A stretch of DNA of 43,362 nt from Acetobacteraceae bacterium (GTDB lineage Bacteria; Pseudomonadota; Alphaproteobacteria; Acetobacterales; Acetobacteraceae), in contig DATFDN010000076.1 of the NCBI GenBank assembly GCA_035252035.1, positions 1 to 43,362 on the forward strand, given 5' to 3'. Below are positions 1-8,231 of the stretch, in pieces (position 1 is the stretch's first letter; each line of letters starts with the position of its first letter). The position numbers and the translations under genes are program-made. Below the pieces are notes generated by a model. That model made no database searches and had not been told where the DNA came from. It saw nothing but the letters and a program-made list of their open reading frames with translations.

Positions 1-3
1 GCA

Positions 4-309
4 GTGACCGGCGCGGCGACGGAACCGCCCTGGCGGCGGCTTGATTTCTGGCTTTGGTGCGCGCGTTTCGCCCGGAGCCGGGCCGACTGCGCGCGGCTGG
101 TCGGCCAGGGCCTGGTCCGGATCAACCGCCAGCCGACGGACAAGGCGCACGCTCGGCTGCGCGTGGGCGACGTTCTTACGCTCGGCCTGCATGGCAATGT
201 GCGGGTGATTCGGGTCGTGTCGCTCGCTGATCGCCGCGGACCGGCGGCGGAAGCAAGGCAGCTATACGAGGAAATCGCGGAGGCGCCCCCGGCCTTGCGC
301 CTCCCGTGA
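4..309 (+). CDS. RNA-binding S4 domain protein (Hsp15/HslR-like)
   Basis: 101-aa ORF. 'RLDFWLWCARFARSR...GLVRINR' resembles the S4 RNA-binding signature of Hsp15-like proteins. The GTG start is 3 nt from the window edge, so the true start may lie upstream. It sits in the S4-fdxA-carD neighbourhood common in Alphaproteobacteria. Confidence 0.7.
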   Translation: MTGAATEPPWRRLDFWLWCARFARSRADCARLVGQGLVRINRQPTDKAHARLRVGDVLTLGLHGNVRVIRVVSLADRRGPAAEARQLYEEIAEAPPALRLP

Positions 310-348
310 AACCCAGCCATATGGCGCGCTGGGATCCGGGGGAGCCGC

Positions 349-681
349 ATGACCTACGTGGTCACCGAAAACTGCATTCGCTGCAAGTACATGGACTGCG
401 TCGAAGTCTGTCCGGTGGACTGCTTTTATGTCGGCGCGAACATGCTGGTCATCCACCCTGACGAGTGCATCGACTGCGGCGTGTGCGAGCCGGAGTGTCC
501 GGTCGAGGCGATCGTTCCGGATAGCGACGATCGGGCTGCGGCCTGGGCTGAACAGAACCGCTCTTACGCCCAGGTCTGGCCCAATATCACCCGGAAGGGT
601 GAGCCGCCGCCGGATGCGGATGAATGGAAGGACAAGCCCAACAAAGGGCCGCTGTTCGACCCAGAGCCTGGCAAGGCTTAG
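349..681 (+). CDS. fdxA: 7Fe ferredoxin (3Fe-4S + 4Fe-4S)
   Basis: 110 aa, '[26 protein letters not shown]' plus '[16 protein letters not shown]'. These are the two cysteine clusters typical of FdxA-type ferredoxins. Confidence 0.9.
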   Translation: MTYVVTENCIRCKYMDCVEVCPVDCFYVGANMLVIHPDECIDCGVCEPECPVEAIVPDSDDRAAAWAEQNRSYAQVWPNITRKGEPPPDADEWKDKPNKGPLFDPEPGKA

Positions 682-852
682 GCCGATTTGCCAGTTGCCG
701 CCCCCTGACGGGCGCTCAGTTACATGCTATATATTTGAACGAGGCTTGATTGTGCTGCATGGCCGTTCCCCGCTTGGTTGCAGAGAATCGACCCGTTCGG
801 TTTGCTGCCAAATAAGGTTCATTCAGCAGAGTCGGGACATAGAGGGCCACGT

Positions 853-1701
853 ATGAAGGAATCCGCCGAAATCGAGGCGATTACTCGCGAGGGCGCGTCC
901 GCGCGGGCGTCTGATGAGGACTCGACACAGTCAGCCTCCGCGGGTTCGGCGCCTGCCCGGACGCCTGCCGTCAGCGCCAAGCCGGCGGCTGCCCTGGGAC
1001 GGCGGACCGAGCCCGAGTCGCCCGAGGACGGTCCCGAGCCCGCGCGGGAGACGGCGGAGCCTCCTGCCCTTGAGCCCGATGAGGCCGAGGCGGGTGACGA
1101 AGCGGATCAGCCCCCGGAGGAGTCTGAATTGGAGCAAGCCGCCTCGGCGCCAGGCTCGCGCTTTCAGCCAACGTCGGCGCCCCGTGTCACGCCCCGCCCC
1201 ATGGCGCCTCCCGAGACATTCGCCGAGGGCGACTACGTCGTTTATCCCACGCACGGCGTCGGCAGGGTCGAGAAGATCGCCACCGAGGAGATCGCTGGCC
1301 ACAAGCTCGAACTGATCCACATCACGTTCGAAGAGAACCGCATGACCTTGCGGGTGCCTGTCGCCAAGGCGCGCACCGCCGGGCTGCGCAAGCTCGCCAC
1401 GCGCCACATGTTCGACAAGGCGCTGGACGTGCTGCGGGGGCGGGCGCGGATCAAGCGCACGATGTGGTCGCGTCGCGCGCAGGAATACGAGGCCAAGATC
1501 AACTCCGGTGATCCGCTGTCGATCGCGGAGGTGGTGCGCGACCTGCACCGCAACGCGGGCCAGCCGGACCAGAGCTTTAGCGAACGGCAAATCTACGAAT
1601 CGGCCATGGATCGCCTGGCCGCCGAACTCGCCGCTCTCGACAGGACGGACAAGGCGGCGGCGGCGACCAAGCTCGCGGAGTTCCTGAAGACGGTGGGGTA
1701 G
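853..1701 (+). CDS. CarD/CdnL-family RNA-polymerase-binding regulator with a long acidic Pro/Ala/Glu-rich N-terminal extension
   Basis: The C-terminal ~165 aa, 'DYVVYPTHGVGRVEKI...LRVPV...RKL...IKRTMWSRRAQEYEAKINSGDP...EVVRDL', match CarD_CdnL_TRCF. The ATG at 853 follows a 170-nt lower-GC spacer. Codons 853-1200 keep the G/C-rich third position of coding DNA, so the long form is favoured over the ATG at 1201. Confidence 0.75.
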   Translation: MKESAEIEAITREGASARASDEDSTQSASAGSAPARTPAVSAKPAAALGRRTEPESPEDGPEPARETAEPPALEPDEAEAGDEADQPPEESELEQAASAPGSRFQPTSAPRVTPRPMAPPETFAEGDYVVYPTHGVGRVEKIATEEIAGHKLELIHITFEENRMTLRVPVAKARTAGLRKLATRHMFDKALDVLRGRARIKRTMWSRRAQEYEAKINSGDPLSIAEVVRDLHRNAGQPDQSFSERQIYESAMDRLAAELAALDRTDKAAAATKLAEFLKTVG

Positions 1702-1710
1702 CCCCAGCTC

Positions 1711-1736
1711 CCTCTCCGCCCTTGGGGGTGGAGAGG
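1711..1736. repeat. GC-rich hairpin (REP-like, possible bidirectional terminator) between convergent carD and the VOC gene
   Basis: 'cctctccgcc' - cttggg - 'ggtggagagg': 10-bp stem with one mismatch. It belongs to the same 'ctctcc...ggagag' motif family seen at 9567 and 20936. Confidence 0.5.
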
Positions 1737-1787
1737 CCGGGGTGAGGCGGTGGGAGACACCAGCGCCCGCTGTAAGCTCCGCCCCGA

Positions 1788-2177
1788 TCACCCCCGCTGG
1801 ATCAGCTCGATCGACACGTTCTCCGGGCCGCGCAGGAAGGCGATGCGGACGCCGGGGCGGACCGTGGTCGGGTCCAGGGTGAAGCGGACGCCCTTGGTCT
1901 TCAGCTCGGCCACCGCGGCGTCGATGTCGGATACCGTCAGGCCGATATGCTCAAGCCCCATATAGGGCGCATCCGGCGCGGGACCGGGCATTGCGGCCGG
2001 ATTCGCCGGCGCGACGAACACTTTCTGGCTGCCGCCCAGCAGCAGGTCGACTCGGGCGGGACCGTCGGACTGCTCCGTGCGGATCACCTCCGCGCCCAGC
2101 ATCTCTTCGTACCACCGTGCCGTTGCCTCCGGATCGGGGCTGCGCAGGTGTATGTGCTCCCACGTAAAAGTCGCCAT
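1788..2177 (-). CDS. VOC (glyoxalase/bleomycin-resistance/dioxygenase) family protein
   Basis: 129 aa. 'WEHIHLRSPDPEATARWYEEMLGAEV' and 'LEHIGLTVSDIDAAVAELKTKGV' are the paired beta-alpha-beta-beta-beta modules typical of VOC proteins. Confidence 0.8.
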   Translation of the reverse strand: MATFTWEHIHLRSPDPEATARWYEEMLGAEVIRTEQSDGPARVDLLLGGSQKVFVAPANPAAMPGPAPDAPYMGLEHIGLTVSDIDAAVAELKTKGVRFTLDPTTVRPGVRIAFLRGPENVSIELIQRG

Positions 2178-2282
2178 GGCTCACTCGCCTCCTATCCCAT
2201 CGCGCGATTAGTTCACCGGAACGCGGCCCCGGCAAGGATCGTTGGCCTTCCAAATGACGCGTCATGGCGCCACACTCGCACC

Positions 2283-2942
2283 ATGTCGCGACGCTTGATC
2301 GAGATTACGCCGGATCTGATGCTGCGGGCGTACCGCCACGGCCTGTTCCCCATGGCGGAGACGCGGCGCGGCGACCGGCTCTACTGGCTGGACCCGGAGC
2401 GGCGGGGCGTGTTGCCCCTTGGGTGCTTCCACCTGCCGCGACGGCTGCTGCGCACCGTCCTGTCGGGCGGGTTCGAGATCACCGCCGATCGCGACTTCGC
2501 CGCCACCATCGCGGGCTGCGCCGCATCGGCCCCTGGCCGGGAGGATACCTGGATCAATCCGCAGATCGAGGCGCTGTTCGTTGAGCTGCACCGCATGGGT
2601 GTGGCGCATTCGGTTGAGTGCCGGCGCGACGGCAAGCTGGTTGGAGGGTTGTACGGTGTCGCCCTCGGGGGGGTGTTCTTCGGGGAGAGCATGTTCAGCA
2701 CCGTCCGCGACGCCTCCAAGGTGGCGCTGGTGCATCTTGTCGCGCGTCTGCGCGTGCTGGGTTTCCGCCTTCTGGATACGCAATTCGTGACTGCCCATCT
2801 GGCACAGTTCGGAGCAGTCGAGATCCCGCGTGACGCGTACCGGATGCAGCTCGCCGCTGGATTGGCGGCGCCGGCCCGCTGGATGGCCGAGATCGATCCT
2901 GCGATGATCAATTCCGAGATCAGGGCGCTTGCCGCTCGGTGA
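2283..2942 (+). CDS. aat: leucyl/phenylalanyl-tRNA--protein transferase
   Basis: From the ATG at 2283: 'LMLRAYRHGLFPM...LYWLDPERRGVLPL..FHLPRRL', 'GGLYGVALGGVFFGESMFS' and 'ASKVALVHLV' are hallmark L/F-transferase motifs. The longer track ORF from 1947 overlaps the VOC gene antisense and is not supported. Confidence 0.9.
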   Translation: MSRRLIEITPDLMLRAYRHGLFPMAETRRGDRLYWLDPERRGVLPLGCFHLPRRLLRTVLSGGFEITADRDFAATIAGCAASAPGREDTWINPQIEALFVELHRMGVAHSVECRRDGKLVGGLYGVALGGVFFGESMFSTVRDASKVALVHLVARLRVLGFRLLDTQFVTAHLAQFGAVEIPRDAYRMQLAAGLAAPARWMAEIDPAMINSEIRALAAR

Positions 2943-3565
2943 GATGGAAGGGACAGGGCGTGAGGCGTTTGATTCTGGGCGGGGCGGTGCTGCTTGCGTT
3001 CGCGGGAGCCCGCGTCGTGCCCGCGGCGGCGGCGCAGGACATGCCGACGCTGCGCCCGACGCATGACGTGACGGTGGTTTATGGGGTCGTGGGCTCGCCG
3101 CCGCCGAGCGGCGCTGAGCAGACCCACACGATCCGCATGATCTGGGGCGACCGGGGGCAGGCGCTGCGGGTGGAGATCGACCAGGGGAAAGCGATCACGT
3201 TGATCGACTTCGCGCAGCACCGCGTGACCATGTTGATCAAGCCGCAACGGCTCGCGCTCGACTTCACGCTGGACCCGCGGCTCGTTCCCGGTTTCGTCAT
3301 TCCTGCCGACGCACATCTCAGCCGCGTTGGCACGGACACGGTGGCGGGTCAGGGCTGCGAGGTTTGGAAGCTGACCGGCCCGCGCGGCGCGGGCACGGCC
3401 TGCATCACGCGGGACGGATTGGTCCTGCGCGCGGTGGGAACAATGGCGAATGCCGGGACAGGGCGGCTGGAGGCGGTCTCCGTGACGTATGGACCACAGC
3501 CGGCCGCGCTGTTCGCTCCACCTCCCGATTTCCGGCGGATGGACCTGCAAACGGCGGGACGGTAG
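2939..3565 (+). CDS. exported hypothetical protein (signal peptide, probably beta-rich periplasmic)
   Basis: 208 aa. The N-terminus 'RRLILGGAVLLAFAGARVVPAAAAQD' is signal-peptide-like. The GTG start overlaps the aat stop (GTGA). Third-position GC bias is good. I recognise no family motif. Confidence 0.55.
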   Translation: MRWKGQGVRRLILGGAVLLAFAGARVVPAAAAQDMPTLRPTHDVTVVYGVVGSPPPSGAEQTHTIRMIWGDRGQALRVEIDQGKAITLIDFAQHRVTMLIKPQRLALDFTLDPRLVPGFVIPADAHLSRVGTDTVAGQGCEVWKLTGPRGAGTACITRDGLVLRAVGTMANAGTGRLEAVSVTYGPQPAALFAPPPDFRRMDLQTAGR

Positions 3566-3592
3566 GCTCGCCCGGTCGAAAGGGGGCGCGCG

Positions 3593-4600
3593 ATGCTCAA
3601 GCTTGGCTACAAGGCGTCCGCCGAGCAGTTCGGCCCGCGCGATCTGCTGGCTTTCGCGATCCGGGCCGAGGAGACGGGGTTCGACTCCGTCTTCGTCAGC
3701 GACCATTTCCAGCCTTGGAAGCATACGGACGGACATGCGCCCTATGCCCCGGCTTGGCTTGGCGCACTGGGGACGCGGACCGAGCGGATCGTCATGGGCA
3801 CGAGCGTGCTGACGCCGACATTTCGCTATCATCCGTCGGTCGTGGCCCAAGCCTTCGGCACACTCGGCGCAATGTTCCCTGGCCGCGTCGTCCTTGGCAT
3901 CGGCACGGGGGAGTCACTCAACGAGGTGCCAGCCACCGGCATCGTCTGGCCGGAGTTCAAGGAACGCTTCGCCCGGCTGCGCGAGGCGGTGCAGCTCATC
4001 CGCAGGCTCTGGTCGGAGGAGCGGGTGACGTTCGAGGGCCAGTACTACAAGACGCATGACGCGACGATCTATGACCGGCCGGCCTCGCCCGTGCCGATCT
4101 ATGTCGCCGCCGCCGGCGCGCTGGTCGCCAAATACGCCGGCCGGCAGGGCGACGGCTTCATATGCACCAGCGGCAAGGCTTGGTCGCTCTATACCGAGAC
4201 CTTGCTGCCCAATGTCGCGGAAGGGCGAAAGGCGGCCGACAGGCCGGGCAGCGGCCCGTATGAGCGGCTGATCGAAATGAAGGTGTCCTTCGACACTGAT
4301 CTCGCCCGCGCGCGCGAGGACACGCGCCACTGGGCGGCGCTCGCGCTGACGCCGGAGGAGAAGGTCTCCATCCACAACCCGACCGAGATGGAGCAGCGCG
4401 CGGCCGAGCTTCCGGTCGAGCGCGCGGCAAGCCGGTGGATCGTCTCGTCCGATCCGGACGAGCATGTGGAGAAGATCCGGCCCTATGTCGAGCTTGGCTT
4501 TGATCACCTGGTCTTCCATGCCCCAGGGCCGGACCAGGACCGCTTCCTGCGCCTCTACGCCGCGCAAGTCCTGCCGAAGCTGCGGCAGAAGTTCGGGTGA
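3593..4600 (+). CDS. fgd: F420-dependent glucose-6-phosphate dehydrogenase-family LLM oxidoreductase
   Basis: 335 aa, alignable along its whole length to my recollection of mycobacterial Fgd1: '[13 protein letters not shown]', 'SDHFQPW.H..GHAP', '[12 protein letters not shown]', 'GTGE.LNE', '[13 protein letters not shown]', '[10 protein letters not shown]', 'RWIV.SDPDE', '[10 protein letters not shown]'. Confidence 0.85.
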   Translation: MLKLGYKASAEQFGPRDLLAFAIRAEETGFDSVFVSDHFQPWKHTDGHAPYAPAWLGALGTRTERIVMGTSVLTPTFRYHPSVVAQAFGTLGAMFPGRVVLGIGTGESLNEVPATGIVWPEFKERFARLREAVQLIRRLWSEERVTFEGQYYKTHDATIYDRPASPVPIYVAAAGALVAKYAGRQGDGFICTSGKAWSLYTETLLPNVAEGRKAADRPGSGPYERLIEMKVSFDTDLARAREDTRHWAALALTPEEKVSIHNPTEMEQRAAELPVERAASRWIVSSDPDEHVEKIRPYVELGFDHLVFHAPGPDQDRFLRLYAAQVLPKLRQKFG

Positions 4601-5379
4601 TCGCGTCGGCGGCCGACAAGGCGCTCCAGCTCCTGCCTCTTCCGGGTTTACCCCTGGTCCGGCCCGGCGATGACTTGGCGGAGCTGATCGCCGAGGCTCT
4701 GGCTCGCGGATCGGTCACGCTGCGCGCCGATGATGTCGTGGCGGTGGCGCAGAAGATCGTCTCCAAGGCGGAGAATCGGGCTGTCGCGCTCGATACCGTC
4801 GTTCCCTCGGCACGCGCGGTCGCGCTCGGCGCCGAGATCGGCAAGGATGCGAGACTCGTCGAGGTGATCCTGTCGGAATCGGTGCGCGTGGTGCGCAGCC
4901 GGCCCAACCTGCTGATCACCGAGCACCGGCTCGGCTTCGTGATGGCGAATGCCGGGGTCGATCATTCCAATGTCGCGGCACCGGGCGAGCCCGATCAGGT
5001 GCTGCTGCTGCCCCTCGACCCGGATGCCTCGGCGGCGCGGCTGCGCGCGGGCCTAGCCGCCCGATTCGGCGTGGCGCCGGGTGTCGTTGTCACCGACAGT
5101 TTCGGCCGGCCGTGGCGGCGCGGCACATGCGGGGTGGCGATCGGCGCGGCGGGGATCGCGTCGTTGATCGACATGCGCGGCAAGCCCGACCTGTTCGGCC
5201 GCACCCTGGAAGTGACCATCATCGCGCGCGCCGACGAGATCGCCGCCGCCGCCGGCTTGTTGCAGGGCCAGGCGGGGGAAGGCAGGCCGGTCGTCTTGCT
5301 GCGCGGCCTCGCCCCCGAGGCGCCCATCCTGCCGGCCGCCGCCCTGGTGCGCCCGGCGGCCGAGGATTTGTTCCGGTGA
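4597..5379 (+). CDS. cofE: coenzyme F420-0:L-glutamate ligase (single-domain CofE type)
   Basis: 260 aa. '[15 protein letters not shown]', '[20 protein letters not shown]' and '[14 protein letters not shown]' are CofE/FbiB N-domain motifs. The GTG start overlaps the fgd stop (GTGA). There is no C-terminal nitroreductase-like domain. Confidence 0.9.
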   Translation: MIASAADKALQLLPLPGLPLVRPGDDLAELIAEALARGSVTLRADDVVAVAQKIVSKAENRAVALDTVVPSARAVALGAEIGKDARLVEVILSESVRVVRSRPNLLITEHRLGFVMANAGVDHSNVAAPGEPDQVLLLPLDPDASAARLRAGLAARFGVAPGVVVTDSFGRPWRRGTCGVAIGAAGIASLIDMRGKPDLFGRTLEVTIIARADEIAAAAGLLQGQAGEGRPVVLLRGLAPEAPILPAAALVRPAAEDLFR

Positions 5380-6290
5380 TCGTTGCGCTGTCGGGTGGGA
5401 TCGGCGGGGCGAAGCTGGCGCTGGGCCTGGCGCGGGCGCTCCCGCTCGAACAGCTTGTCGTGGTCGCCAATGTGGGCGACGATTTCGAGCACCTGGGGCT
5501 CGCGATCTCGCCCGATATCGACACGCTGACCTATACGCTCGCCGGCCTCGACAATCCCGAGCTGGGCTGGGGACGGCGCGACGAGACCTGGTCGTTCATG
5601 GAGACGCTGGCGGCGCTGGGCGGGGAGACATGGTTCCGCCTGGGCGACCGCGACCTCGCGCTGCACGTGGAGCGGACGCGGCGGCTGCGCGCCGGAGAGA
5701 CTCTGTCCGCCGTCACCGAGGATTTCGCCCGGCGGCTGGGGGTTGGCCCCCGCATCTTGCCCGCGACCGATGATCCGGTACGGACCCGGCTGCGCACGGA
5801 GCGCGGCTGGATGGACTTCCAGCCCTGGTTCGTCGGGCTTCGCGCCGAGCCTCCGGTCACGGCGCTCGCATTCGCCGGCGCCGAGCAGGCCCGCCCGCTT
5901 CCCGCCGTGCTGGACACCGTGGCGCGCGCCGAGGCGGTCGTGATCTGCCCCTCCAACCCGTTCATCAGCATCGAGCCGATGCTGGCGCTTCCCGGCCTGC
6001 GCGCGGCTCTTGCCGCAGCACGGGCGCCCGTGATCGCGGTCTCGCCGATCATCGGCGGCCGGGCGGTGAAGGGGCCGACCGCCCGGATGATGGCGGCGCT
6101 GGGCATGGATGTCAGCGCGCGCGCCGTGGCGGAGCGGTATGGCGACCTGCTCGATCTCTTCGTGGCCGACGAGGAAGATGCCGGCACGCTGGACGGGCTT
6201 GCGTGCCGGGTCGTGCTGGCCCCGACGCTGATGCGTAGCCTGGGCGACAAGATCGCCCTGGCGCGCGTCGTGCTCAACGCGGCGCGATGA
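5376..6290 (+). CDS. cofD: 2-phospho-L-lactate (LPPG:FO) transferase
   Basis: From the GTG at 5376, overlapping the cofE stop: '[18 protein letters not shown]...VVVANVGDDFEHLGLAISPDIDTLTYTLAG...WG...ETW' is the typical CofD N-terminus. The track ORF start at 5112 lies inside cofE and is rejected. Confidence 0.9.
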   Translation: MIVALSGGIGGAKLALGLARALPLEQLVVVANVGDDFEHLGLAISPDIDTLTYTLAGLDNPELGWGRRDETWSFMETLAALGGETWFRLGDRDLALHVERTRRLRAGETLSAVTEDFARRLGVGPRILPATDDPVRTRLRTERGWMDFQPWFVGLRAEPPVTALAFAGAEQARPLPAVLDTVARAEAVVICPSNPFISIEPMLALPGLRAALAAARAPVIAVSPIIGGRAVKGPTARMMAALGMDVSARAVAERYGDLLDLFVADEEDAGTLDGLACRVVLAPTLMRSLGDKIALARVVLNAAR

Positions 6291-6934
6291 GCCGAGGCGT
6301 ATGGGCCGCCGTGCCGGTGAAAGCGTTCGCCGGCGCCAAGCATCGGCTGTCTCCGCTCTTGACGCCTGCCCAGCGTCAGGCCCTCGCCGCTGCCATGCTG
6401 CGGGACGTGCTGATCGCGCTGGCCGAGGCGCCGCTTGCCGGGATCATGGTCAACACGGTTGATCCGCAAGCCTCCGCGCTCGCCCGCGCCTATGGCGCGC
6501 GCGTGGTGAGCGAGGATGCGCGCGCGGGACACACCGCCGCCGTCGCCGCGATGGCGCGCACCCTGGCGGGCGAGGGCGCCGAGGCCATGCTGACCTGCCC
6601 TGGCGATGTTCCGCTGCTCACGGCGGCCGAAGTCGCGTCCGTGCTGGACGCGCACGGCCCTGCGCCGTCCTTCACCATCGTCCCGGCGCATGACGAGCGT
6701 GGCTCGAACGCAGTCCTGCTTTCTCCACCCGATCTGATGGCGCTGCGCTTCGGCGATGATAGTTTTTTGCCCCACCTTGCGGCGGCACGGCAGCATGGGT
6801 TGGAACCAAGCATTGTACGCCTGACCGGAATCGGTCTCGACATCGACAACCCCGAGGACGCGCGCGCTTTCTTGCGGGCAGCGCGGGGGCGTTCGACGGA
6901 GGCAGGGACTTTGCTGCGGTCCTTCCTGATCTGA
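6287..6934 (+). CDS. cofC: 2-phospho-L-lactate/PEP guanylyltransferase
   Basis: 215 aa. 'AAVPVKAFAGAKHRLSPLL...R..LA.AMLRDVL' and 'CPGDVPLL' are CofC/FbiD-like. The ATG overlaps the cofD stop (ATGA). Confidence 0.85.
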   Translation: MSRGVWAAVPVKAFAGAKHRLSPLLTPAQRQALAAAMLRDVLIALAEAPLAGIMVNTVDPQASALARAYGARVVSEDARAGHTAAVAAMARTLAGEGAEAMLTCPGDVPLLTAAEVASVLDAHGPAPSFTIVPAHDERGSNAVLLSPPDLMALRFGDDSFLPHLAAARQHGLEPSIVRLTGIGLDIDNPEDARAFLRAARGRSTEAGTLLRSFLI

Positions 6935-6964
6935 TACTAGTCCATCTTGATCCTGACCCATTCC

Positions 6965-7049
6965 GTCATTCCCGCGAAAGCGGGAATCCAGGCCCACACG
7001 CACCAAATTCCGAGTGGTTCGCTTGGATTCCCGCTTTCGCGGGAATGAC
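6965..7049. repeat. REP/BIME-like element: two inverted copies of a 26-bp self-palindromic unit
   Basis: 'gtcattcccgcgaaagcgggaatcca' (6965-6990) has its exact reverse complement 'tggattcccgctttcgcgggaatgac' at 7024-7049, 33 bp away. Each unit is itself a hairpin (attcccgc-gaaa-gcgggaat). It sits in the cofC/DJ-1 intergenic gap. Confidence 0.85.
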
Positions 7050-7129
7050 GGCCTGAAGGTTCACGCTGGCTGGTATGACTTGTCCATGCCATGAGGCTCG
7101 CGTCGCCCATTCCAAGGAAGGCTCCCTCC

Positions 7130-7813
7130 ATGACCCTCCAAATCGGCCTCCTCGTGTTCCCCCGCGTGCAGCAACTCGATCTCACTGGCCCGTATGAGGT
7201 CTTCGCCTCCCTGTCTGGCGCCGAGGTCCATCTAATCTGGAAGAGCAAGGAGCCTATCGTCTCCGCCACCGGCCTGGTTCTGACGCCCACGGCGACGTTC
7301 GCGGACTGCCCCGCGCCACTCGACGTGCTCTGCGTGCCAGGCGGGGCGGGCGTGAACGCGCTCATGCGGGACGCGGAGGCACTCGATTTCGTGCGCCGAC
7401 AGGCCGCAGACGCCCGCTATGTCACCTCGGTCTGCACCGGCGCGCTCGTGCTGGGAGCCGCGGGGCTGTTGCGCGGCAAGCGGGCCACCACGCACTGGGC
7501 CTCGCACGATCTGCTCTCCAGGTTCGGCGTCATCCCCGTCCGGGCGCGCGTGGTGCGCGACGGCAACCTTGTGACCGGCGGCGGGATCACGGCGGGGATC
7601 GACTTCGCCCTTTCCCTCGCCGCCGAACTGGTCGGGCGAGAGAAGGCCGAAGCCGTGCAGCTCAATCTGGAATACGCGCCCGCGCCGCCCTTCGACGCCG
7701 GCACGCCCGAGACCGCGCCGGACGCGGTGCGCGCGGCGGTCCAGGAACGCGCGGCCGCGATCCGGCGGGAGAGGGAAGAGATCATCGCCGCGCTCACGGG
7801 TGGCCCGGTGTGA
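7130..7813 (+). CDS. DJ-1/PfpI family protein
   Basis: From the ATG at 7130 (SD 'aaggaagg' upstream): 'IGLLVFPRVQQLDLTGPYEVF', 'LCVPGG.G', nucleophile elbow 'VTSVCTGALVLGAAGLL.GK.ATTHW', and 'VRDGNLVTGGGITAGIDFAL'. Confidence 0.85.
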   Translation: MTLQIGLLVFPRVQQLDLTGPYEVFASLSGAEVHLIWKSKEPIVSATGLVLTPTATFADCPAPLDVLCVPGGAGVNALMRDAEALDFVRRQAADARYVTSVCTGALVLGAAGLLRGKRATTHWASHDLLSRFGVIPVRARVVRDGNLVTGGGITAGIDFALSLAAELVGREKAEAVQLNLEYAPAPPFDAGTPETAPDAVRAAVQERAAAIRREREEIIAALTGGPV

Positions 7814-7988
7814 CCGGGCTCTACTAAGCCCGACGATGCCTCGGGCGCCCTCTCCTACTCCCAAATATCCAACCGGCTTCAGCCTATTGGAGAGGTCCAC
7901 AAGGTGCCCGGAACGTGCCCAGAATGTTGCGCGGCCTTGTAAGCAATTTGGTGTGGCAAGGCGCCGCGTTCATTTGGGAGGGGAAGCA

Positions 7989-8231
7989 ATGAGGCGCCTG
8001 AAATTCACGCTGCTCGCCGCAATCGCCTTGGGTTTTGCCACAAACGCCGCGCCTTTGCAGGCTTGTAATGGCAGGGGCAACTGCGATCACGGTGCGCCAG
8101 GGCCATTGGCCGGGGCGGGGCTGCCGTTCCTCATCGCGGCGGGAGCAGCAGGCGGATACTGGCGCCTCCGTCGGCGGTCGCAGGAAAGCCGTTATCGTTC
8201 GGGAGATGCGGCGCAGGTTCGTGACCACTAA
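7989..8231 (+). CDS. 80-aa secreted mini-protein with a PEP-CTERM-like tripartite C-terminal sorting signal
   Basis: SD 'gggagg' lies upstream of the ATG at 7989. The signal peptide is 'MRRLKFTLLAAIALGFATNAAPLQA' and the core is 'CNGRGNCDHG'. The sorting signal is 'APGP' + hydrophobic 'LAGAGLPFLIAAGAAGGYW' + basic 'RLRRR'. The 3' end overlaps the next gene. Confidence 0.55.
   Translation: MRRLKFTLLAAIALGFATNAAPLQACNGRGNCDHGAPGPLAGAGLPFLIAAGAAGGYWRLRRRSQESRYRSGDAAQVRDH

Noticed and set aside
1201-1701. Short (166-aa) CarD starting at the ATG at 1201
   Set aside because: It would leave ~520 nt of 'intergenic' DNA that shows coding-like third-position G/C bias in the same frame. It is kept only as an alternative start.
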